A stretch of DNA of 64,000 bases, from positions 9,052,001 through 9,116,000 of the forward strand of contig NW_027266341.1 in the NCBI RefSeq assembly GCF_022045235.1, given 5' to 3'. Shown here piece by piece: positions 50,281-63,355 of this stretch (within the stretch, counting starts at the first letter, position 1; each line of letters begins with the position of its first letter). The translations under genes and the position numbers were made by a program. Below the pieces are notes generated by a model. The model saw only the letters and a program-made list of their open reading frames with translations, was not told the DNA's origin and made no database searches. The DNA comes from Haliotis cracherodii. Lineage: Eukaryota.

Positions 50281-50552
50281 GAGAGTGAGTGAGTTGGGTT
50301 TAACGCCCCTTTAAACAGTATTCCAGTTACATCACGGCCTGTCAGCTTAATGTGGGAGGAAATCCCGAAGTGATGCAGGTCTCAGACGTTTACCCCTTCG
50401 GTTACACCCACGAGCACGGGTATGGTGCTGACAAACCTAGAAACATAATCGGGGCGAACCGGAATTCGAACCCACAATCATAGGTTTCTGGCGTGCCCAA
50501 GGGATGCAACTCTGCACAGCGAATCGCGTGTCCTTAGACGACTGGGCCACCC
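50281..50552 (-). mobile_element. SINE with tRNA-Leu/Ser-like head, full length
   Basis: GGGTGGCCCAGTCGTCTAAGG...GTGGGTTCGAATTCC, (ACTC)n tail, imperfect 13-bp TSD AGTTKAARTGTGA. Confidence 0.85.
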
Positions 50553-51399
50553 AGTTGAAATGTGACGAAACTTGCGGACAACATACTGACGTTCCAGCTG
50601 TTTCAAACTTTGACATGTGTTATGCTACCCACTGGCTGCATTACACAGGTATTCGGCTTGGTCCAATATAAATACCACGCTTAACTTACTTCACATTTTA
50701 AGACGGATTACAGTGTACTGGCTGAAACCCTCAGAGAAATGGACTTAGAGCTTAAAGATATGAGTCAAGTCTTTGTCAGAGGCACGGCTGAAATATTAGT
50801 AACAAAGTAGGATTATCATATTCACCTTAGGGAAGGATTTCTCTGCATTGTAAAATAATTCTGGAGGAATACGTACTAAATATAGCCAATTTATGAGTAT
50901 TTGAATGTCATCGATAGCTGTTTCAAATGAAGACTCATATATTGAATATATATAGGCAACTAATTATGTTAAATTTTTGCCCATACTTAAAATTTTGGAG
51001 GAATGCTGGAGAGAAAAAAAAAATAATAAAGAATGTATGAGTTTTGAAGGAAAACGATAGGTGTTTTATTGACGAATCATTTTCCGCATTAGGCAAGGAT
51101 TCATCAATAGCTCCGCTGAATTCCAATAAAATCACACTACCATTGACAAAATATATTCAAGATGAAAGCCAAATATGATATGATAAATAGGGCAGAATTC
51201 TTAACATCGCACGCTATTTAATGACTATTGACTTCATTTTCTCAAAGTATAATGCCACACGCTGACTGTGTTAAGAAACATACCTTTACATTGCCAGTGG
51301 CATTTCAGTAATTGTGTTAACTATCAGTGGTTGACACCGACCACCTAAGCAAACACACGCCACTAAACGAGCAGTCTAACGCGCCTAATCACCATTTAT

Positions 51400-51700
51400 A
51401 CCGAGCAATCAAGAATCCAGTCTTCAGATTTCAGAAAAGGAAAACAGTTTGGCTTGAGACGGTGAAAGGTTCCTAATCAATGACACAGTAAGTAGAAGGA
51501 CGGCCGTATGGAAGGATAACTTCAGAAAGAAACCTATATTTCCTCCGTCTCGTCCCCAACACTTGGCAATCTACGACTGTAACACGCGCATTGATTGTGG
51601 CGCGGTGTTACCGATTCTCCAGTCTATAAGCCTGCACTTCACTCCATCGGTAATACACGCTGAACATTCCCACTCTTGCTCCTAGCATAGACGTCGCCGC
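51400..51700 (+). promoter_or_regulatory. Putative promoter/TSS region of the iGluR gene
   Basis: Repeat-free, CpG-enriched, TATAAG at 51625-51630, ~330 bp upstream of ATG. Confidence 0.35.
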
Positions 51701-51959
51701 ATCGGTCCTCTTCTCTGCGTCGACTTTTGCACAATATCGTGTTCACTTGTTTGGGCTTGCATTTGGGTCAACGCATAAAAGATGTGAACCAATAGCAGAA
51801 TGTTCTTTTGGAAAAGGGGCTGATCAGTTGGAGGGTGAAGGACACAGTTAATCGGTTAGCCACGTGGGTGCGGGTCTTCATCGGGGATACGGGCAACAGT
51901 GAGAGATACTATTGCATCGATAGTCTCAAGTTGACATGTGCTTGTGCGTTTAGATCAGG

Positions 51960-52050
51960 ATGCACGCGTACCGGATACTTGTGTGGAAAGTTGTTTTTGT
52001 ACTTGGATATATTTCAAAGACTGCTGGTTTTAAGGGACAAATCCCTATAG
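51960..52050 (+). CDS. Ionotropic glutamate receptor (AMPA/kainate-like), coding exon 1: MHAYRILVWKVVFVLGYISKTAGFKGQIPI(G)
   Basis: Signal-peptide-like N-terminus; strong donor TAG|gtaagt, phase 1. Confidence 0.85.
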
Positions 52051-52511
52051 GTAAGTACCATTTTTCTATTCATTTAATAGCCCTGAAGTCACGTTTCCTT
52101 AAAATAATCCCTGCAAGAGAATATCTGAGCTGAATTCTCTAGTATACTTTTCACGGTTAAAAGTTAACGTGAATCCTTTTTCTTTAATGGTATATTTGAC
52201 AGTTTTAAACAGTCGTTTATAATTAGCCTGAAAGTCTTCCGTCGTCGTTCGATTTTTGTGTGCTTCGATTCCCAATAGTGGGCACAGTCATTTTGTTGCT
52301 GGAGTCTAACGAGCCTCTTGAAGAGTAATTCAGTTCCGCTCATACCTCCTCCATAGGTCCCAAGGAACAGTTGCTTTCATTACAGTCTTAACTTCTTTGA
52401 AAGCCCATTGAAATTGATACTCTTGAGGCAAAGGAAGCATTCAAATCGTAGTTATACAACTTTCACTTCGAAGATTAACCGTTTATAAGCACTCGTCTGT
52501 GTCTCTTTCAG

Positions 52512-52664
52512 GCGCCATATTTGATGAATATACTGACGTGTTCGCAAGGACTGGTTACCAGTACGCTATATCTAGCCACAGTCAAAGAGTGAAGGAGGGG
52601 ATTAAATTTTCTAGTGTTTATGACGAGGTCGACATACACGACAACTTTAAAGTGGCTTCAAGAA
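52512..52664 (+). CDS. Ionotropic glutamate receptor, coding exon 2 (ATD start): GAIFDEYTDVFARTGYQYAISSHSQRVKEGIKFSSVYDEVDIHDNFKVASR
   Basis: Acceptor gtctctttcag|, donor GAA|gtacgt, phase 1-1; spliced IPIGAIFD..YA..H..VD..DNF.V matches iGluR amino-terminal domain; no exon 3 found in window. Confidence 0.85.
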
Positions 52665-52986
52665 GTACGTAGTTGACTTTTATCATGTAACGCCGTTCAT
52701 CCGGACTAACTGTTCGAAACATAATCAACCGAAATACAATGTCCTTTCGTACGTATATCCGTATACACTACCATCAGCAATCAGCAGTAAGGGGGGAGGG
52801 GTCTGTATTAACAATGTCCGGATTAACGGGGTTCATTTTATGTTATTAGACATTTTAATGTATCAAATATTTCTGTTCCAGTGACTCTAGGATCACACTG
52901 GCTGCATTATTATGCAAAAGCACTTCTCCATATATTAACCCTCTTTCTTTATCACTCATGTTCAATGGATGTATCACCTTAATATG

Positions 52987-53160
52987 GGATGCGTTAGCCC
53001 AGTGGTATAAACGGTGGCTCATCAAGTCGATGGCCTGGGTTGGATTATCAACTAGGGTACAACGTGTGAAGCCTATTCTTGGTATTCTTGGATGGCTTGA
53101 ATTATACAAAGGCGATAGAAAACCATACTCACTCACTCACTCATCAGTCACTCACTCATT
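52987..53160 (+). mobile_element. Short tRNA-derived SINE, degenerate (intronic)
   Basis: tagcccagtgg..gggtacaacgtgtgaagcc..(actc)n. Confidence 0.78.
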
Positions 53161-54384
53161 ACAAGCGTGTTGTGTTTAATTTTTTGTCATGACATTACAC
53201 AGTGTGTGCCCTTGTCTGGAGCCACCATGAAGCTTATCTGTCTATGATTAAGGACAGCGTGCAACAGAACGTTGCTTGAACGGTTTTCTGTTCAATTGCT
53301 ATTTGACTAATCACATAGAAAAGGTCACGTTTGAACATCACTCTGCTTCATTCATTCTTTATGCATGAATCTGCAGCTACATATTCCCAAAGCCTAGATA
53401 CTTTAATCACCATAACCCACCTCTCGTACATAGGCAACGTCACGTGATTGCCATATCTATATCGATCCCTGCTGGAGCAATGAAAAGAGAGTTTTGAAAA
53501 CACCATAGAGAAAAAGTCACTTTAGTTTATTGCTCTTGAAATGTATGGGGATCTACGTAATGAAGTAACAGTATATTAAGCATTAGGCCTGATTTTACGA
53601 CCTACCAGTACAAAGCACTCCATATGATCATTTGATCATAGATGAGTCTCAAGGCACTGATGCTGCTTGGGACTCTTTTATGCTGTCACTTAAGAGTTTC
53701 ATTATTCAATAGGCTTTGAGGTCACTTGAGTATTTTCTATGCAGCCGACTACTGCCTGTTTTCAATTATAACTGATCATGCTAGGATATGATGACGTGAA
53801 TAATGGAAGCAAATTCCCTCAATTGTGTATCCATCATTACATCATGATCACATGAGGTTTGAGAATGAATAACATTTTCTAAATATGTTTTATTATATAA
53901 TGGATAGTGTTATCGATGTCCAGAACAAGTCTGCAAAACTCTGGATCACAATCCGATGAATATGCAAGACTGAGGTCACCCATCAGGAACTACTTTCACT
54001 GATCTCTGTACATCGATGTGGTGCCTGCTTGCTAAATATATTGTCCCATGTTCCGCTTAATAGATAGTTGTTTCCGGATGTGTAAGTGATTCTGAAAACA
54101 AACATGGCTGCTACAAACTAGGTACTATATCCCTACGCGGTTCCTACAAGTTAATTTGTGAATGAAATTATGTCTTAAACTTCGATTATTTTATGAATTA
54201 CTTTCTATGATAAATATATGATTACCCTTACGCCAAGGCCTCGCATAAAGACATTTTTATATTCGTAAAATATGATACTTACGAGACGAAAACACACTCG
54301 GCTAATAATCCTTATGTACCAAAGCACAAGCAATGGATCATATGATCACCAAGACGGATAATCTATATGTCACAGTTTCAAGTA

Positions 54385-54575
54385 CAATGAAACCTCCATA
54401 ATCCGAACGATATCATACCGAGTGAGATCGTGCGGATTTACGGATGTCTCGATTAATGAAACATGAGAAAACAGAATTTTTTCATGAAGTAAACATTATA
54501 TATAGACGTTCCAAATTGTAATGGCAGGTATGTTTTGTTGTAATAACGGAGTTTGCACAAACGGGAGTTCACTGA
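54385..54575. mobile_element. pogo/Tc1-type MITE (related copy 61915-62080, partial 52690-52840)
   Basis: TACARTGAAACCTC..TAATCCGAACGAT terminus shared between copies. Confidence 0.6.
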
Positions 54576-54689
54576 AGGTTCATCTGCACCAAGATGTACA
54601 TGTACTGTTATTGTGTAATACATGATACTAACCGTTTAAGTAACCCCTACATATTCCTTTGATGATTCGCGCAGTCTCTCTAATAGCAT

Positions 54690-55150
54690 CTGACATGTTA
54701 CAGAAATTACTGACATGGTCAATTACTGCATATTCTCCCTAGTGCAGCGAATATGCTATAAAATCAACGAATGCCCTATGACACATCAGTGTATGTGAGA
54801 GCTTCACTTCCGAACACGATACACGGCTCTGCCAGAAGGTCGTCAGACATTCGAAAACACATATACACAGATTATGAAGTTGTTTTTCTTCTTTTTTTTC
54901 ACACAAGCTCTAAACTGGAACATGTGGCTTCTTGGAAATGCCAAATGATTGGGAATATAACTAGATGAAACTTGGTATGTTACTCGTCGGTCGATTCCTT
55001 AATGTCTTCTAATACCTCAAGGGATTGCCCGGATATCTTCTCGTTTCCGGGAGAAGTTATTTACAAGGAAATGTTTTGTGTCCCCAGCGACGTTGACCTT
55101 ACGAACTTTAATACTGAAGTTTTCAAGTGTTACACTGGCATCTTCGATAA
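54690..55150 (-). mobile_element. Decayed APE-type LINE RT-downstream fragment; related zinc-knuckle fragment at ~56485-56570 (+)
   Basis: Motifs resembling LLYGxEVWG and AxLGE; RLCAQC..VADENYLLFLCSKY resembles RxCxxC..EDExHFLLxC. Confidence 0.45.
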
Positions 55151-56147
55151 TTCAAGTATGATTGGAATATGTGAAAGTATTATATAGCTCAATGTAGAAC
55201 CTTTTGTGCTCTCTGATGCTTACCTCGATGCACCGCAAACACCATCGTCAGGTTTTATTTCACCTTTTCCATCATAACAGTCCCGTTGTTAAAACCAGAG
55301 TACATATATATTTCCAATTAAGGGAAATTAAGAATATTATTGGTATGCCACATGCATTTCAATGTTACAACTGTGTTAAATATAATTTATAATACTTAAT
55401 TTTTATTTGGACAACTTTTGACAATAAGATAGCCTTACCTCTAGCATACATGTGTATTATTCATGAGTTAGTTAATGTATTGTGACACTGTAGTCAGCAA
55501 GTCAAGGTCAGATACACCAGTGTTTTTTTAGCGTGAACCCCAGTCCACGCCGTCGGGTGACGTTGACGACCCTTCAACCATGTAACACATGACAGCCATC
55601 CAGGCCTGGTATGTCAACATATACGATGCAAATGTGATACTGATTTTAACACGGTCCTGTTTGTGGGTTTTCATAGTGGGGCTGGGTGAGAGAAACCAAC
55701 TCCCTTGTGGCGTGCAGCAACTAACACTAATAAACCATCCTTCGCTATCCAGTGTTGTGGGTCGTCAATACATTATAAAGATAAATACCCCCGAGCCATC
55801 TCCATCACTTCTAGTGATAATGAAGAAAAACTCTCTCCCATGACCTTGAAATCAACAACCAACCGAGTAGTGCCTCCCCTGTATGCGAGTTCAACATATA
55901 TCTACATTTAAAGTCGGGGCGTCGTACGAACGAAACCTCGAACCGTTCAGTCGAAACTGTTTAAAATTACTTTGTTTGTAAAATTGTTTCAATGAGTATT
56001 GCCACGAACATGTTACAATATGTTGTTGTTGTATTACACTCATTGATCTAAACAACTGAGCTTAGCATGTGAACAATCAATGAAGAAGTATTTTAATGTC
56101 AACTATTATTGATATGTACATGCAACAATAAAATTCTATTGTTGAAT

Positions 56148-56312
56148 GGGGGCTGTTGGGTAACCAAGTGGTTAAAGCGTTCGCTCGTCACGACAAAGGC
56201 CTGGGTTCGATTCCCCACATGGTTACAATTTGTGAAGCCCATTTCTGGCGTCCCCCGCCGTGGTACTCCTGGAATGTCGCTAAAAGTGACGTTAAACCAT
56301 ACTCACTCGCTC
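56148..56312 (+). mobile_element. Short tRNA-derived SINE
   Basis: gtggttaaagcgttcgctcgtcacg..gggttcgattccc; tail. Confidence 0.88.
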
Positions 56313-57977
56313 AATAGTTGATTGATGTAGTAAATGTTGCTACTATAAGTAATACTAATTATTACTCTCTACTGAAAGCTATTTAATGGATGTGATACGG
56401 AGAGGACTAGGAACATCACTTCACTGTTTAGATGTAGTTTACATAAATAAATAATTGAATTAAGGAGGCACAATGATATAATAAGAGACTATGTGCTCAA
56501 TGTTGTTTTGATTCAGTGGCGGATGAAAATTACTTGTTATTCCTATGTTCTAAATATAAAGAATTTCCTAACAATATACCTAAAACGGTATTATTTTGTT
56601 CATCCAAATGTAGAATGATAATTATTTTCCATGATGAAACCAGTCAATACAATATTATTCGTAACGTATCAACGTATACTTATCATACCATGTCAACGAG
56701 AAGGTAATCTGTGTGTACAGACTCTCCACATAAAAATTTGTACTGCATGCGCTATGTGCTTGTGGCCTTTCAGTGTTGACAATATAAACTTCATGAAAGT
56801 GAAGACAGCAGACAGTGGTTCTAATGCTAAAATGCGTTCCCATTTGTATTAGAGACACCAAGACGGGTCGAGTCCTAGTGATATTGCCGATCATTTCAAT
56901 CGTGAAAAATCAGTGTAATTTGACAGCACCTCTACTTTAGCGTCGTGTCAGTCGAACCAGACAGAAAAAAATCTGGACTACGAATAGGTTCAGGGCATTT
57001 ATGACAGATTGGAGATATGATACATTGCGAAATCGAGGATTATAACCAGCCAACAGGATATATATTAGAATCATATTTTTTGTCTTTTGTTTTTACTGGT
57101 GCATTATTATGTGCATGTGCCTATGTGTATAACAAAATAAAATCCTACAAGTGATATATTTGTTTACTTTTACTAAACGTCAAACAAATGTAATCAAACA
57201 TTTAAATAAGTGTTTCTGTTTTGAAGCTTGAATGTTTTTAGTATATCTTGCTCCAAATATGTTGTACCCTTTTACTCTAAGAAACATTGATTTCTCCGCA
57301 ACCTAATTGAAAACTCTCGTTAAACGAATGTCTGATCAGAACTCTCTTTCTGGAAAACATCACAGAAATTTGCACCTAAAAACGATTGATATCATATTAC
57401 GAGCTACGTTGAAACTTAATCACTGTAGTGTATTTTAAGATTCTTCAAAGAATATTGAAAACTCTTTCAAAATACATAAACATTTCAAAAACTATAAACA
57501 CACATTCATGCATAAGGGTTATGTTCACCATTGTTAATATGTGTCTGTTGCCACTACAATGGTTTTCATTAATTTGTTTGCCTTTATATTCCAGATATGT
57601 TTTGCTCTTTAAAGACATGTATATGTCAGGTTCGCAAGTTTTAGAATTCTCAAGAGACCCGGCCATTATTGTTTTATGAGAAACCTCGTTAAACCGGACG
57701 ACTCCGCCCCGTGTGGAATCGTCCGGGTAAGGAAAGGGCGAGATAAGAGAAATGCCCTTTTGGCCCACTGGAAATGTCAAATTAAAAAAAAAGTTTTTAT
57801 AGTAATGTTATGAAAATGACCAGATACGTTCAAGAGTTGTTTTTTCTTACACTCATATAGTGTTAACTTCAAGCATGTTTAATTTCACAAGAACGTCTAC
57901 ATATCACAATAGGGAGATGTTTTCTACGTAAAGGGAAAATGTTACGTTACTATGAGGAAGAACATGACCCACAATGA

Positions 57978-58304
57978 ATTGTTTTCCATATGTTGTTATG
58001 TCTACTTCTCTGGAAAGACATGGCAGATCCAGTCGTCTAAGGGGGCAGCAGTGTCCTGTGCAATGTCTAAGGCACGCCAGAAATCTATTGTTTTCCATAT
58101 GTTGTTATGTCTACCTCTCTGGAGAGACATGGCAGATCCAGTCGTCTAAGGGGGCCGCAGTGTCCTGTGCAATGTCTAAAGCACGCCAGAAATCTATTGT
58201 TTTCCATATGTTGTTATGTCTAACTCTCTGGAGAGACATGGCAGATCCAGTCGTCTAAGGGGGCCGCAGTGTCCTGTGCAATGTCTAAGGCACGCCAGAA
58301 ATCT
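57978..58304 (+). repeat. Three tandem 109-bp units comprising upstream flank plus SINE 5' head
   Basis: Units start at 57978, 58087 and 58196. Confidence 0.93.
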
Positions 58305-58520
58305 ATGATCGTGGGTTCAAATCCCGTATCGCCCCGTTTATGTTCGCAGGTTTGTTAGCACCATACCCGTGACTGCGGGTTTCGCCGTAGTGGTTAACGT
58401 CTGAGATTGCTAGACCTGCATCACCTCGGGTTTGCGCTGACACACATGAAGCTGACACTCCGTGATATTAACTGGAATACTTTTCAAAGCGGCGTTAAGC
58501 AAAACTCACTCACTCACACA
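58238..58520 (+). mobile_element. SINE with tRNA-Leu/Ser-like head
   Basis: ccagtcgtctaagg..gtgggttcaaatccc..(actc)n; matches 50281-50552. Confidence 0.82.
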
Positions 58521-59199
58521 TTCACCCACCTTTCCAAGACTTGCTCATGTTCCAAACACGCTTCCTGAAAACCTCAAAAGCTGTCTTTTTCGCAATACTT
58601 AGTCATCGAATGTCATTATAAGTACAAAATATACATGTGTTGAAATAAGTCTAGTTCTGATTCATATAAACGTATCTAACTTCCATTTTAATCTGTTTCG
58701 GCAGATAATCTAGACTGGGTATTCTCTGGTATTGCCAATTGATATTTTCATGAATAAAATTCACAGGTTTTACTCAAATTACCAAATTAAACAGATCTTG
58801 TTTGAGAAGAGGCCCAGAGGCTAAGAATTGAAGGTGACGTCATCCATTGTTCATGACATCATGGCGTTTTTATGTGACATCGATCTAACAATAGAATAGC
58901 TGAAATGTCTCTATGTTTGAGCAGGAAATATTTTGTTTTCTATACTTTCACAGAAAAAATCTTAAGGTAGCATATATAAATGATAACTGACTCTCAACTC
59001 CGGAATATAGATTATCTGTCCCTCGTGAACTAATGGGGACAGCTCCTCGCCTAGGGTAGGAACTTTCAAAATTAATTCACTCGAGACAGACATTCCGTAG
59101 ATCCACGATGCTGGTATGTTCTTTTCCAGAAATGTCCAATTAATTCTACATAGACTTCAAAAGGAATTAGTCCGAAAGATAGGGTTTCCGGAATCACGA

Positions 59200-59360
59200 T
59201 GTCTAGACAAAGGTTTTATGGAGCCCTAACAAAGGTTTTATGGAGCCCTGACAAAGGTTTTTGGGAATCCGGACAATGGTTTTATGGAGTTCGGACAATG
59301 GTTTTATGGAGTTCGGACAAAGGTTTCAATGAGTCCGCACAAAGGGTTCATCGACACGGT
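59200..59360. repeat. 22-bp minisatellite (GGACAAAGGTTTTATGGAGTCC-like), ~7 units
   Basis: Tandem units seen directly. Confidence 0.85.
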
Positions 59361-60509
59361 ATTGGATTGAAAACGGTAACCTGATGATGCATCGGCGTGT
59401 ATTTCTTAGCATGTTGGTAAAACATCGGTCTGTGCACATGCACATGTATGATAACGCACATTGTGAAACTCACGTCGAATAACACACAAACTACTAGTAT
59501 AGATTAATGTTGATGGTACCAAGAACTATCGATCCTTCTTAAACTGTTGCAACTGTTGCAGCCACAGTTATAAGAGACAGATGGCCCAAGGGGTTATGAT
59601 AAATACAGCATTATTGTCTTTGTTGTAAAGAGTATGGGTTTTTTTAGAGATTAAGACCATTATTGCCGTGTGTTAATGCTAGGATTTAAACATATGCAAA
59701 GCCATCACATGAAGCATTGGACGATACTCATCACGTGACATGCTTTGTTGGACACGTAAAATTCTATCTTATTAATATGTATTATAGCAAAATATATCTT
59801 TAAAAAATAAGGTAAAATGACATCGACATTAGATGAATTATATCGCACGACACTGCTGTGTAAATATTGAAACCATAAATGGAATTCGATACACATTTCA
59901 ATTATTTGTTAGCCGTGTTGCATCACTCTACGTATCCCAACTTCTGATAGAGGGTCGGCAGCGGGAACAAATACCGTAATGTTTCTTTGTTTATTCTTCC
60001 TGACGATCTTGTTAACTAATCATAGGAAAGTGGAAATTCAACGCGGGTCAATATAGAATCGGAATAACCCTTTTATTTTTTCACGTCATCATATCGTTTC
60101 AGCCAACCGACAATTGTTATAAGATCGCCTTAAATAACACGGTTACTAATTTGATATAATCTTATATCGATCACAAGAAAAGAATAGATATTAGCATCAA
60201 GGTAACAGACTAATGTATCTTTCCCGAAAAGAATAATGACAATTTAACGACTTGTTTACAGCTATAATTGCATTTATTCTAAATGACACTCTTTACCTAG
60301 AATATATGGCTCATTCTCCGGAAACAACCCGCAATAATAGTTCTCGTTTAAGACCACCTTATAGCTATCGTGTTTCCAATGCTACATTTATGGTCGTCTC
60401 TGCAATTAGGTATTCTCTTTTTTTCCAATAACTTGCTTACAGATATCTTCCTTCAAAACCAAAGATTGGTTGTCGAATATTTATCAAATATATCACATTT
60501 TGTATATAA

Positions 60510-60752
60510 GTGTGTGTGAGTGTGCGTGTGTGTGGCTGCTTGTACTAGTCTGTACTTATGCCGATTTTACAGTGCTCGCCCACTGAGATATCATGCCCCA
60601 CTCAGACACAGTATACTGACTCCGAGCCAACAATGCAGTCTTAGTTTTTGCCTCTTAATGCCGAGGCAAGGTAACAGCAAGTATCGTCTTTTGGTATGAC
60701 ACGGCCGGGGATCGAACCCCCGACTCTCTACTACTAGACCACGGAGGCGGTC
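60510..60752 (-). mobile_element. MetaSINE/MESC-like SINE, head-to-head with a Nin-like SINE
   Basis: Reverse family match. Confidence 0.85.
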
Positions 60753-60754
60753 GT

Positions 60755-60968
60755 GGTCTTCACCAACTCATGCTTGTCGTATGAGACGACTAACGAGATT
60801 GGCTTGTAAGGCTCGATGAATTTTTGATGTAGGACATCGTACCCCAATTACGGAGAGCAATGCTCATGATTTCAATCACTGGGTTGTCTAGACCAGACTC
60901 GATTATTCACAGACCGCCGTCATATCGCTGGAAAATTGCTGAGTGCGGCGTTAAACAACAAACAAAAT
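60755..60968 (+). mobile_element. Nin-domain-like SINE, 5'-truncated
   Basis: catgcttgtcgtatgagacgactaac core and tail. Confidence 0.85.
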
Positions 60969-63025
60969 AACTAACTCACAAACCCTATCTCGACCCTGAA
61001 AACATAACACTTCAACTGAGTGAAGTTACAGACATATCTCCGAATGCAGATCCCACAAGACGTTGGATATACGTGACGAAATACGCCCAGTACACGTCCA
61101 ATCTAGTGCTTAGTCCTTAACGCATCATGTACCGAAAAGATTTGAAATTACCCTCACGCTGTCGGTGTCCTTACCAACAAATCAAGGAGAAATCTTAAGT
61201 CCACTGGGCCCCAGTCAGAGTGGGAAGTCGATATACGAATGCGTTATGCAGAGATTAGCGAGGATTTCCATTCTGACTGTACGAAACGACTTGCACAGTC
61301 TTTGTCGGTCCCGAGAGAGTAACTGTCTGGGTTTTTACTTGCGGTTGGGATTTCGCTCAACTTACGAATTATTAGCATATTCAAATTTAGACGTTTTGGA
61401 ACTATTTTTCGACGTCTTACCAAAGAGAAAACAAAACAAATTATCAATGTTTGCATATGGATATGCATATCACAGTTAACATGAGAAACATCACATTCAA
61501 AAATATAAGTAAACGTTCAAACTGCATTAAACATGAAACATACACTGAAACACAGATCCTATCTGAAGACTGTTTAGTACTTTTATTTTATGTGTTTAAC
61601 GTATCAGCATCTTTAGGTGACATGGTGATGCGGCACAGCTATTAAACTGATGCAGTTGTATTCAAACATGAACACTAATCAAACATAGTTGTGTTATTCA
61701 TTCATGTAACATTTACACTCAAGCTGCTGTTATCTTTCATAAATGTGTATAAAAACGACAAAACACTTTTCACAGCCACAAGAAATCTCAGTCGATTGTA
61801 CGATTCCAACAGAATGATGAGCATGTGTTTGTAACAGGTGTTCGCGGAAAGAAATACACATTGCTCTTTCGTGATAGGTATGGGTACTGTTTAAGGGCTG
61901 CATGGGGATATCATATAGTCAAACCTCGCTAATCCGAACGATGTGGTACCCAGCCAATTCATCCGGATCTACGTATTTCCGGTTTAATTAAACAGAGTAA
62001 AGTCACGCGCATAAATGTAGAATGCCACTGGCAGTAAATGTCCTCAAAAGGTAGTTTCTGGATTAACGGGGTCTGTCTATCGGAGACCAACTCTATGTGT
62101 TGCCAGCGGTGGCATGATCACATTTTGAAAGTGATTCATAAGCAAATGCATTTGATAAATTCAGAACAGTACAAACGAGTCTGTCTGTAGAAAGTGCTTA
62201 TCGGTATGGTCATGTTTATTGCGCTTTTATTTAATTCGTTAACCCATAAACGTTAACCCATTAACATAATACAAGTCTGTATCCTTATTGACCGACGTGT
62301 CTTAAATGTAACGAATTTCTCGACATATTACTTTGCTGAACTATTAAACTATTTTTTTCCATCGTCCTCGCGAATTATCTACCAGGTAATGAAGCACACA
62401 TTTTCATATTACTTTAATAGTTTACTAGTAAAATTAATGATTCTGTTCAGATATCCAACAAGTTATAAATTGTGCTTCTTTATGTCCATTCAGCAAAAAG
62501 TAAACTGAAAGAGCAATATCAGAGGAATGAATATACAATGTCGGTACAGAGATTCTTTATTAATCAAACTGTTATATGACACCCCTGTGGAATTATCGAT
62601 GTCATGGCAGCATAAAAATCGTAATGAAGCAACCGCTCTCTGATAGTTGATCTGACGTGCTTGTCAGTCGTATTGCCACCGCACTATGTTTGTTATGATC
62701 CCTCGTGACCATTACATCTTTGAATCCTAAATATATGACACATAAACCTTTCCTTCATTATTTGTCTGCGCGGTTCCAGCGGGTGACATGTCATTTTGTC
62801 AATCTCTTTTCTTTTAACTTTGGCGTGACTTTCGCCATGTATCTTAAAGGAGATATGTACCAATTGTTTGCCGTTCGAAATTGTGAATTACGCCAACAAT
62901 GGTTTTATGTTAAGTGATATTAAATGTCACGGTGTGAATAAAGCCGAGTGAATCCATAATGTGTTGTATTAGGCATTGAGCAGTAAAGGACAACACGATA
63001 TTCGTACCCGTACTGTCCCTTATAC

Positions 63026-63192
63026 CGGTGTGGTGGTCAAGTGGTTGCAGTGTTAGCTCCGTAACCGTAAGGTCGCAGTCTAATTCACCATTCATCATGT
63101 ACAATGGGCGAAAGCCATGTCTGATGTCCCGTGCATTGATATTGCTGAGATACTTCTTAAAGCGACGTAAAACCCAACTCACTCACTCACTT
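63026..63192 (+). mobile_element. Short tRNA-derived SINE, degenerate
   Basis: gtggtcaagtggtt..gatattgctgag..(actc)n. Confidence 0.7.
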
Positions 63193-63234
63193 ACATAACG
63201 TGCGGTGCAACTTCATAATTTGTCGTTTGAACAT

Positions 63235-63355
63235 CATGTTCCTGTGTTTGTTTAGATGAACAATTGACTTCCCTTTACATATGTTTGTGACCGGGTGCCA
63301 CTCTTGGAGCAGGATACGCTCACCTTGTCGCGAAACCCTGGCATCATCACTATGT
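63235..63355 (+). repeat. Copy of the dispersed Penelope-like 3' fragment
   Basis: gaacaattgac..tttgtgaccgggtgccac..ctggcatcatcac. Confidence 0.6.

Noticed and set aside
59381-59400. CTGATGA hammerhead box (also ~29738)
   Set aside because: No correctly placed GAAA/NUH and no stems
63275-63350. SECIS element in the PLE-like fragment (GTGAC-stem)
   Set aside because: The 3' side reads TGG rather than the GA needed for the tandem G-A core, and there is no apical AA in the copies seen
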